64,000 nucleotides of DNA from Trypanosoma brucei (Eukaryota), in NCBI GenBank assembly GCA_000002445.1, contig CM000208.1, forward strand, positions 2,624,001 to 2,688,000, given 5' to 3'. Position numbers and translations under genes: made by a program. A model generated the notes under the pieces. The model was given only the letters and a program-made list of their open reading frames with translations, did no database searches and was not told the origin of the DNA. Position 1 is the stretch's first letter; every line of letters starts with the position of its first letter. Below, piece after piece: positions 10,095-18,030 of this stretch.

Positions 10095-11615
10095 TGCTAT
10101 GTCACCCTCAGGTTGTGCCTCAGGTTGTGCAGGTGTGCTTCTGCAGGAACTTGCTGTGGTTCTTCAAGCTCTTCAAGTGCTTCCACTGCTATGTCACCCT
10201 CAGGTTCGCTGCCTCAGGTTGTGCTTCTGCAGGAACTTGCTGTGGTTCTTCAAGCTCTTCAAGTGCTTCCACTGCTATGTCACCCTCAGGTGCCGCTGCC
10301 TCAGGTTGTGCTTCTGCAGGAACTTGCTGTGGCTCTTCAAGCTCTTCAAGTGCTTCCACTGCTATGTCACCCTCAGGTGCCGCTGCCTCAGGTTGTGCCT
10401 CAGGTTGTGCTTCTGCAGGAACTTGCTGTGGCTCTTCAAGCTCTTCAAGTGCTTCCACTGCTATGTCACCCTCAGGTGCCGCTGCCTCAGGTTGTGCCTC
10501 AGGTTGTGCTTCTGCAGGAACTTGCTGTGGTTCTTCAAGCTCTTCAAGTGCTTCCACTGCTATGTCACCCTCAGGTGCCGCTGCCTCAGGTTGTGCCTCA
10601 GGTTGTGCTTCTGCAGGAACTTGCTGTGGCTCTTCAAGCTCTTCAACTGCTTCCACTGCTATGTCACCCTCAGGTTGTGCCTCAGGTTGTGCTTCTGCAG
10701 GAACTTGCTGTGGCTCTTCAAGCTCTTCAAGTGCTTCCACTGCTATGTCACCCTCAGGTGCCGCTGCCTCAGGTTGTGCCTCAGGTTGTGCTTCTGCAGG
10801 AACTTGCTGTGGTTCTTCAAGCTCTTCAAGTGCTTCCACTGCTATGTCACCCTCAGGTGCCGCTGCCTCAGGTTGTGCCTCAGGTTGTGCTTCTGCAGGA
10901 ACTTGCTGTGGCTCTTCAAGCTCTTCAACTGCTTCCACTGCTATGTCACCCTCAGGTTGTGCCTCAGGTTGTGCTTCTGCAGGAACTTGCTGTGGCTCTT
11001 CAAGCTCTTCAAGTGCTTCCACTGCTATGTCACCCTCAGGTGCCGCTGCCTCAGGTTGTGCCTCAGGTTGTGCTTCTGCAGGAACTTGCTGTGGCTCTTC
11101 AAGCTCTTCAAGTGCTTCCACTGCTATGTCACCCTCAGGTGCCGCTGCCTCAGGTTGTGCCTCAGGTTGTGCTTCTGCAGGAACTTGCTGTGGCTCTTCA
11201 AGCTCTTCAACTGCTTCCACTGCTATGTCACCCTCAGGTTGTGCCTCAGGTTGTGCTTCTGCAGGAACTTGCTGTGGCTCTTCAAGCTCTTCAAGTGCTT
11301 CCACTGCTATGTCACCCTCAGGTGCCGCTGCCTCAGGTTGTGCCTCAGGTTGTGCTTCTGCAGGAACTTGCTGTGGCTCTTCAAGCTCTTCAACTGCTTC
11401 CACTGCTATGTCACCCTCAGGTGCCGCTGCCTCAGGTTGTGCCTCAGGTTGTGCTTCTGCAGGAACTTGCTGTGGCTCTTCAAGCTCTTCAAGTGCTTCC
11501 ACTGCTATGTCACCCTCAGGTTGTGCCTCAGGTTGTGCTTCTGCAGGAACTTGCTGTGGCTCTTCAAGCTCTTCAACTGCTTCCACTGCTATGTCACCCT
11601 CAGGTGCCGCTGCCT
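7860..11615. repeat. Tandem array of 84/87/99-nt coding repeats (28/29/33 aa), about 40 copies
   Basis: Direct reading. The unit ...atgtcaccctcaggtgccgctgcctcaggttgtgc[ctcaggttgtgc]ttctgcaggaacttgctgtggctcttcaagctcttcaa(c/g)tgcttccactgct recurs with 87-nt spacing (for example 7921 to 8008). Variants carry a 12-nt insertion (99 nt) or a 3-nt deletion (84 nt). Confidence 0.95.
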
Positions 11616-14600
11616 CAGGCTGCGCAATGTCAAGCTCCTTTTGATCTTCAGGCTCAAGTGTCTGAATCACCTCAAGCTGCGCAATGTCAAGCTCCTTTTG
11701 ATCTTCAGGCTCGAGTGTCTGAATCACCTCAGGCTGCGCAATGTCAAGCTCCTTTTGATCTTCAGGCTCAAGTGTCTGAATCACCTCAGGCTGCGCAATG
11801 TCAAGCTCCTTTTGATCTTCAGGCTCGAGTGTCTGAATGACCTCAGGCTGCGCAATGTCAAGCTCCTTTTGATCCTCAGGTTCAAGTGTCTGAATCACCT
11901 CAGGCTGCGCAATGTCAAGCTCCTTTTGATCTTCAGGCTCGGGTGTCTGAATCACCTCAGGCTGCGCAATGTCAAGCTCCTTTTGATCTTCAGGCTCGAG
12001 TGTCTGAATCACCTCAGGCTGCGCAATGTCAAGCTCCTTTTGATCTTCAGGCTCAAGTGTCTGAATCACCTCAGGCTGCGCAATGTCAAGCTCCTTTTGA
12101 TCTTCAGGCTCGGGTGTCTGAATCACCTCAGGCTGCGCAATGTCAAGCTCCTTTTGATCTTCAGGCTCGAGTGTCTGAATCACCTCAGGCTGCGCAATGT
12201 CAAGCTCCTTTTGATCTTCAGGCTCAAGTGTCTGAATCACCTCAGGCTGCGCAATTTCAAGCTCCTTTTGATCTTCAGGCTCAAGTGTCTGAATCACCTC
12301 AGGCTGCGCAATGTCAAGCTCCTTTTGATCTTCAGGCTCGAGTGTCTGAATCACCTCAGGCTGCGCAATGTCAAGCTCCTTTTGATCTTCAGGTTCAAGT
12401 GTCTGAATCACCTCAGGCTGCGCAATGTCAAGCTCCTTTTGATCTTCAGGCTCGAGTGTCTGAATCACCTCAGGCTGCGCAATGTCAAGCTCCTTTTGAT
12501 CTTCCGGCTCAAGTGTCTGAATCACCTCAGGCTGCGCAATGTCAAGCTCCTTTTGATCTTCAGGCTCAAGTGTCTGAATCACCTCAGGCTGCGCAATGTC
12601 AAGCTCCTTTTGATCTTCAGGCTCAAGTGTCTGAATCACCTCAGGCTGCGCAATGTCAAGCTCCTTTTGATCTTCAGGCTCAAGTGTCTGAATCACCTCA
12701 GGCTGCGCAATGTCAAGCTCCTTTTGATCTTCAGGCTCAAGTGTCTGAATCACCTCAGGCTGCGCAATGTCAAGCTCCTTTTGATCTTCAGGCTCAAGTG
12801 TCTGAATCACCTCAAGCTGCGCAATGTCAAGCTCCTTTTGATCTTCAGGCTCAAGTGTCTGAATCACCTCAGGCTGCGCAATGTCAAGCTCCTTTTGATC
12901 TTCAGGCTCGGGTGTCTGAATCACCTCAGGCTGCGCAATGTCAAGCTCCTTTTGATCTTCAGGCTCAAGTGTCTGAATCACCTCAGGCTGCGCAATGTCA
13001 AGCTCCTTTTGATCTTCAGGCTCGAGTGTCTGAATGACCTCAGGCTGCGCAATGTCAAGCTCCTTTTGATCCTCAGGTTCAAGTGTCTGAATCACCTCAG
13101 GCTGCGCAATGTCAAGCTCCTTTTGATCTTCAGGCTCGGGTGTCTGAATCACCTCAGGCTGCGCAATGTCAAGCTCCTTTTGATCTTCAGGCTCAAGTGT
13201 CTGAATCACCTCAGGCTGCGCAATGTCAAGCTCCTTTTGATCTTCAGGCTCAAGTGTCTGAATCACCTCAGGCTGCGCAATTTCAAGCTCCTTTTGATCT
13301 TCAGGCTCAAGTGTCTGAATCACCTCAGGCTGCGCAATGTCAAGCTCCTTTTGATCTTCAGGCTCAAGTGTCTGAATCACCTCAGGCTGCGCAATGTCAA
13401 GCTCCTTTTGATCTTCAGGCTCAAGTGTCTGAATCACCTCAGGCTGCGCAATGTCAAGCTCCTTTTGATCTTCAGGCTCGAGTGTCTGAATCACCTCAGG
13501 CTGCGCAATGTCAAGCTCCTTTTGATCTTCAGGCTCAAGTGTCTGAATCACCTCAGGCTGCGCAATGTCAAGCTCCTTTTGATCTTCAGGCTCAAGTGTC
13601 TGAATCACCTCAGGCTGCGCAATGTCAAGCTCCTTTTGATCTTCAGGCTCGAGTGTCTGAATCACCTCAGGCTGCGCAATGTCAAGCTCCTTTTGATCTT
13701 CAGGTTCAAGTGTCTGAATCACCTCAGGCTGCGCAATGTCAAGCTCCTTTTGATCTTCAGGTTCAAGCTTTTTGAATGCAATTTTCTCTGTATGTTCACG
13801 CTCCTTTTTTTTGTTTTCTTGTGTGATTTCTTCTTGATGATCGTTTGTTTTTAATTTTTCTTTTTGTGGTTTATTTTCTTTTGGGAGTTGAACTTCTTGG
13901 GGATCTTGGTTTGTGGTCGAGTCCTGTTTTTTTAGTTGTGGTTGGTGCCACTGCTGCTGCTCGGCTGTTTCATGAGCGTGAGCAAAACTTTTTTTCGGGT
14001 CAAGTATTTTGGTGTTTTGAGGCAGTGATTGCCTTTTTTGATTTGCTTCTTTACATGTTTGTTTTTTACTAATTGTTTCAGTTAGTGGCGTTTGGGCACT
14101 GCTGATGCGTGCCTCCTTAGCTTTGAGGTATATCGTCCTTCTCTCCATTTCTTGAAGGATGTCACCTCTGTTGATTTGTTCATTTTTTTCCATTCGTTGG
14201 CGTAATTTGCCTTCATCTTCAACCACGCCAACTACCTTCTTTAGTTCATGAAACGCCTCTTGCAGTAGAAGGTATGACCTTCGCAGGTCTACCATGATTT
14301 CCATGTAACTGAAGTAATGCTTTGTGTCAAGTGCTATTCTTTCTTGTATATTTTTCTGATACTGCCTCTCAACAAGCCGTTGGCGCTGTTTGGCGTGCAT
14401 ATCCCTCAGAACTTGTCTGTGAGTTTCACTGCGCTGTTTGTCTTTAATATCCAACGTTTCGCGCGTTTTGGCACTTATGTGTTCATATTTTTCCTTTGAT
14501 ATTCGGTCAATAGTCTCCTGCACTTTTGGCAAGAGAGTATCGAGCATGCGGTCAATGCGGCGTAGGGTGCGGTTGCGTTCGTTTTCTTCCTTTTTCCGAA

Positions 14601-15138
14601 TCCTCGCAGAAACCTCCTTGTCTAACTCATGCTGTGTTTTGTCATGGTCGTATTTTGTTAGCACCTGCTGTAGGCGTGAAGACCGCCATAGTCTAATATT
14701 ACTGTCAATTTGCGCGATTTCCTCCTCAATTGAAGGACTGTCATTAACAATGTGTCGTTGACTAAAAAAAACAGAGTTTAACACAGGTTGCCCGGCATCA
14801 GGAAGGGACTTGCTCACCTCTGTATAAAACGTCATATCGTGCATTGCATCACTAACCAACAACCCCTTAGCCACATCATCTGCTGCTGCAGCGCCGGCGT
14901 ACACGGACGGTCCTTTCGGACGCCGGAAAGAGGAGAGGGGGAGATAATCCGGCTTTGAGGGTTTGGCAGGGATCTTCAATTGCTTGCTATCGACCTCTGT
15001 GCTGACTTGCTCCAGTAGTGGTTCTGCAACCGTCGACGTTGTTGTAGGTTGCTCCTTGGCCTGCTCCTGAGGCGATCTCCCCTCGCCTGGGGAATTATTA
15101 TACATTGCTACTGCTGTTGCTATTTTCCCCCTTTCCAC
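10189..15138 (-). CDS. Giant repetitive protein, N-terminal 1649 aa. A unique charged, coiled-coil-like domain of about 450 aa is followed by about 38 copies of a 19-aa repeat (LEPEDQKELDIAQPEVIQT), then in-frame 28/33-aa repeats.
   Basis: Long ORF with a unique N-terminal region (15138 to about 13780) and a seamless in-frame junction between the two repeat types at about 11.62-11.64 kb. Together with 7857..10094 it would encode about 2400 aa. Confidence 0.8.
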   Translation of the reverse strand: MERGKIATAVAMYNNSPGEGRSPQEQAKEQPTTTSTVAEPLLEQVSTEVDSKQLKIPAKPSKPDYLPLSSFRRPKGPSVYAGAAAADDVAKGLLVSDAMHDMTFYTEVSKSLPDAGQPVLNSVFFSQRHIVNDSPSIEEEIAQIDSNIRLWRSSRLQQVLTKYDHDKTQHELDKEVSARIRKKEENERNRTLRRIDRMLDTLLPKVQETIDRISKEKYEHISAKTRETLDIKDKQRSETHRQVLRDMHAKQRQRLVERQYQKNIQERIALDTKHYFSYMEIMVDLRRSYLLLQEAFHELKKVVGVVEDEGKLRQRMEKNEQINRGDILQEMERRTIYLKAKEARISSAQTPLTETISKKQTCKEANQKRQSLPQNTKILDPKKSFAHAHETAEQQQWHQPQLKKQDSTTNQDPQEVQLPKENKPQKEKLKTNDHQEEITQENKKKEREHTEKIAFKKLEPEDQKELDIAQPEVIQTLEPEDQKELDIAQPEVIQTLEPEDQKELDIAQPEVIQTLEPEDQKELDIAQPEVIQTLEPEDQKELDIAQPEVIQTLEPEDQKELDIAQPEVIQTLEPEDQKELDIAQPEVIQTLEPEDQKELDIAQPEVIQTLEPEDQKELEIAQPEVIQTLEPEDQKELDIAQPEVIQTLEPEDQKELDIAQPEVIQTPEPEDQKELDIAQPEVIQTLEPEDQKELDIAQPEVIQTLEPEDQKELDIAQPEVIQTLEPEDQKELDIAQPEVIQTPEPEDQKELDIAQPEVIQTLEPEDQKELDIAQLEVIQTLEPEDQKELDIAQPEVIQTLEPEDQKELDIAQPEVIQTLEPEDQKELDIAQPEVIQTLEPEDQKELDIAQPEVIQTLEPEDQKELDIAQPEVIQTLEPEDQKELDIAQPEVIQTLEPEDQKELDIAQPEVIQTLEPEDQKELDIAQPEVIQTLEPEDQKELDIAQPEVIQTLEPEDQKELEIAQPEVIQTLEPEDQKELDIAQPEVIQTLEPEDQKELDIAQPEVIQTPEPEDQKELDIAQPEVIQTLEPEDQKELDIAQPEVIQTLEPEDQKELDIAQPEVIQTPEPEDQKELDIAQPEVIQTLEPEDQKELDIAQPEVIQTLEPEDQKELDIAQPEVIQTLEPEDQKELDIAQPEVIQTLEPEDQKELDIAQLEVIQTLEPEDQKELDIAQPEAAAPEGDIAVEAVEELEEPQQVPAEAQPEAQPEGDIAVEALEELEEPQQVPAEAQPEAQPEAAAPEGDIAVEAVEELEEPQQVPAEAQPEAQPEAAAPEGDIAVEALEELEEPQQVPAEAQPEAQPEGDIAVEAVEELEEPQQVPAEAQPEAQPEAAAPEGDIAVEALEELEEPQQVPAEAQPEAQPEAAAPEGDIAVEALEELEEPQQVPAEAQPEAQPEGDIAVEAVEELEEPQQVPAEAQPEAQPEAAAPEGDIAVEALEELEEPQQVPAEAQPEAQPEAAAPEGDIAVEALEELEEPQQVPAEAQPEAQPEGDIAVEAVEELEEPQQVPAEAQPEAQPEAAAPEGDIAVEALEELEEPQQVPAEAQPEAQPEAAAPEGDIAVEALEELEEPQQVPAEAQPEAQPEAAAPEGDIAVEALEELEEPQQVPAEAQPEAAAPEGDIAVEALEELEEPQQVPAEAQPEAANLRVT
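11615..13775. repeat. Tandem array of a 57-nt coding repeat (19 aa), about 38 copies, highly homogenised
   Basis: Direct reading. ttgatcttcaggctcaagtgtctgaatcacctcaggctgcgcaatgtcaagctcctt repeats with exact 57-nt period; only a few point variants (caa/cgg/cga, gtc/ttc). Confidence 0.95.
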
Positions 15139-15451
15139 CCCCTTCTCGACTCCTTCTTTCCTATTTTCTACGCCTTGTACTGCGGGGGCTGATGTATATG
15201 TCTACTTACACTTGTTACTGAGGAGGTAGTAGGTGAGAGAGCGACCAATTTAGCAGCAGCACAAGCCGGGGTGCGTGGTTGTGGGCGCGTGGGTCACAAA
15301 GTGTAGGGAAATTATACACGTGTGCACACGAACGTGTACACATATATGCGGCCACCGTGTGAATGGAACTCGGTGTGTGTGTCTTCGCACGCAGGTGGGC
15401 AGCTTTTATTGTTAACGAATCTCCACCTCGTACTGGATATCAACACTGTCA

Positions 15452-17665
15452 CTAGTTTTCTTCACTGTCTGTGTTGGCTGCTGGATCGTCCCCGCCTGCG
15501 TTCGCCCCCTCCAGATTGGGATGAAACTCAGGAGTGAGGGAGACAACGGGCTCATGCGGATGAATACCATGCTTGAGGATAAAAACCTCCGGGTGCTGCT
15601 GCAAATACCCCAAAATACCTCCAGAACCTCGCCGTAAAATTGCACGCCGTAGCTCGCTGCTGATAAATTTTGGCAGGTGCGAAGGAAGCAGGTTTCGGGA
15701 TCTACAAACCGCCAACCGCGCTGCTACAAGAGACACCATGAATCGGAGTTGCTCTTCTGGGTCCGTCAAGAGTCGCTTGTGGTGCTCAGACGCTTGGCCA
15801 GAAACGGGGATATGGCTGGTGATGTTTATGTTCTGCTCGCACTCGCTTGATTCGTCCCCTTCTGGCGCGACTGGGGCCATGCGTTGGACACACAATTCCG
15901 GGGGGCATTCCACCAGACGGAACAAATGTGGGTATTTCCTGATCCACGTGCGAGAGCGTGCGTCGGTTATGCGGCGTATGTTTTCCGGGAGGAGCTGTGG
16001 TAGGTGACCTGTTACAATAAGGGTACCGTCTATGGGGAGAAGATCGAACACGTAGTACGCAAGGACGTCAGGATGGCAAAAAGGGGAAGGCCCCAGTTCG
16101 TGCAGAGCTATGCAACGCAGCAACAGACGTTTCCTGTCTATGAGGCGAACTCGTTTGTGATTTGGAAGCTTTTGCAAGCTCTTCGGTACCCATTCGTTCG
16201 TCTCCTCCAGTTCCTTTTTCAGCTCTTCGCATGTTTTCTCTTGGTAGAGGGCAGGTAAGCAGCGGGCCTTATCGAGCCAGAAACGCACTCCGACGATCCG
16301 GGATGAATCAATAGGGTCGTACTCAAAGTCGAGAATAGATTGTGCTGTTTCGGCATTCCCAACTTTTCCTGCTTTGCTTTCTTCCCCACCAATAGCGAGA
16401 ACAACTGCCAGTGGCTGTGTCAACCACTTCCCAGCTATCTCATCCAGCTCGGGCAGCTTTGTAAACGCTTCCGTGTGTAGAACGCGGCACAGGCGGTAGA
16501 GGTTATAATCCTCCACCAATTTATTTTCTGGGTTTGGGATGGCACGGAGCACGATGCGGCTGTAGGCAGCGGCGGAGGTAAAACATAGAAACAATGTAGT
16601 TTTCACCCGTGTATCCGGCGAAGAGTCTGAGGGTTGCGAGGCGTCACAACATTCGGGGCGTATCGCTTCAAGGGCGACCTTTGCCGTTTCGCCATTCAAC
16701 TCTGCCCAGCGAAAGGCATGAAGTCGCTGCCCCTCACTGCAATCCACCGTTGCCCGCTCAACACCAGCCACCATCTCACCACTCCAGGAAGTTGTGTTTT
16801 CAGTTAGTTTATGTGCTGTGTATTCCGCTACAAGCATCCACAACTGTATTCCAGAATTTGGCTTGAGCCACTCCTGCAAGACTCGTTCCATGCTCTCGAT
16901 AGATCTGCTCTCATTGCTGTTGGCCCGCCCTCCCCCTTCAGCACAATGTCCGCTAAATGTTGCAGCTCCGGTTCTACTCTGTATTATGTCTTCTAAGGGA
17001 AGAAAGAGACGAAACGATGTCCCTCCGCTTACCTCACCACCTACTTCTTGGATTAATTCAACGTATAAAATTCCGTTACCACCGCAGGAGAGCCGATACC
17101 GCGACGGAAACCCTTGCAAGTGACTCTTGAGACCATTTGGAAGGCTCTCAATCACCTCATCTGGGAGGAGCTTGGCTAGCTCCGTCAGAGGAACTACGCG
17201 GTTGTGTGCCACAAAGGGGAATACGGGATCAGTCCGCTCCTCCGCATCACCACAAGGGGTTTTGGGCACTCTTGAACGGACCGCCCTGTCCGCTGGCACC
17301 CCGTGGGGGAGAGTGTGCACAGCGAGGCACGCTAAGCGAAGAGACGTGGTCCGCAGCACGTCTTTGCGATCGCCATGCCTGTCAAACACGCTAAATGCGA
17401 CTTTCCGGCGTAAAGCCACAGAGAAAGAGCCCCCGTATCGGCTTGGAAGCAACCCACAACCCCTTGGAACAGGCACCCCCACAAAACATTTCCCAGTAAC
17501 CCTCATGCAGCCTTTACCTCCTGCTAAGTTACCTAATTTTTTTTTTTTTTGCTCCTTCGGTAGGTACCGCACTGCACTGTCCTTACCTCTTTCCAATTCC
17601 ACCTTATGCACCCCAGAGGGGGTGGGGGTTCTGTTATTGAAGGCGAGGGTAAGAAGAAGATACAC
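15452..17665 (-). CDS. Hypothetical protein, 737 aa
   Basis: Long ORF on the array strand. An internal A14 (T14 on the plus strand at 17537-17550) near the 5' end suggests the true start may be downstream (MRVTGKC). No domain recognised. Confidence 0.6.
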   Translation of the reverse strand: MYLLLTLAFNNRTPTPSGVHKVELERGKDSAVRYLPKEQKKKKLGNLAGGKGCMRVTGKCFVGVPVPRGCGLLPSRYGGSFSVALRRKVAFSVFDRHGDRKDVLRTTSLRLACLAVHTLPHGVPADRAVRSRVPKTPCGDAEERTDPVFPFVAHNRVVPLTELAKLLPDEVIESLPNGLKSHLQGFPSRYRLSCGGNGILYVELIQEVGGEVSGGTSFRLFLPLEDIIQSRTGAATFSGHCAEGGGRANSNESRSIESMERVLQEWLKPNSGIQLWMLVAEYTAHKLTENTTSWSGEMVAGVERATVDCSEGQRLHAFRWAELNGETAKVALEAIRPECCDASQPSDSSPDTRVKTTLFLCFTSAAAYSRIVLRAIPNPENKLVEDYNLYRLCRVLHTEAFTKLPELDEIAGKWLTQPLAVVLAIGGEESKAGKVGNAETAQSILDFEYDPIDSSRIVGVRFWLDKARCLPALYQEKTCEELKKELEETNEWVPKSLQKLPNHKRVRLIDRKRLLLRCIALHELGPSPFCHPDVLAYYVFDLLPIDGTLIVTGHLPQLLPENIRRITDARSRTWIRKYPHLFRLVECPPELCVQRMAPVAPEGDESSECEQNINITSHIPVSGQASEHHKRLLTDPEEQLRFMVSLVAARLAVCRSRNLLPSHLPKFISSELRRAILRRGSGGILGYLQQHPEVFILKHGIHPHEPVVSLTPEFHPNLEGANAGGDDPAANTDSEEN

Positions 17666-18030
17666 TCAGACACATTCGCCCACGCGCATCCGCATATGCG
17701 CGTGACTGTGTGTTTGTGCGTGTTTTTTTTTCATATGTAAGCAGAGGGGAAACCAAACCGAGCCAGGGACAACCACGACGGCTCTATACGTTAATCAAAC
17801 GCAGCTATGAACAAGGGAAGGCAAACCTTAGTCACGTACGAAGGTAGTCCTTTCACTTGGACTTTATGTAATCCAGTGAAAAACGTGGGACTCTTTCCCC
17901 CTTCGGTTTATTCTCCTCCTCAGGGGGAGCGGAAGAAAATGAACCCGTGACAAGCGATAAAATTGTCGTAAACCAGCTCCAAAGGGCGGGATCTCGCGTT
18001 ACGACAAGGCGAAAAAAAAACGTGGGCGAG

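Noticed and set aside
11615-13775. Regularly spaced identical 57-nt repeats, which superficially resemble a CRISPR array
   Set aside because: There are no unique spacers between repeats; the repeats are contiguous and in-frame coding units. The context is eukaryotic, so this is a protein tandem repeat, not CRISPR.
7889-13854. Three huge plus-strand ORFs (1251, 1305 and 1957 aa; Cys/Ser/Leu-rich) running antisense through the repeat arrays
   Set aside because: They exist only because the highly regular tandem repeats lack stop codons in every frame. They are pure low-complexity (CCGSSSSS, LLQELAV, FCRNLLW), have no unique domains and lie opposite to the orientation of the whole gene array.
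17537-17550. T14 homopolymer as an intergenic pyrimidine tract
   Set aside because: On the coding (minus) strand it is A14 and falls inside the 5' end of ORF 15452..17665 (encoding KKKK). It is not a splice-acceptor tract; it only suggests the true start may lie downstream.
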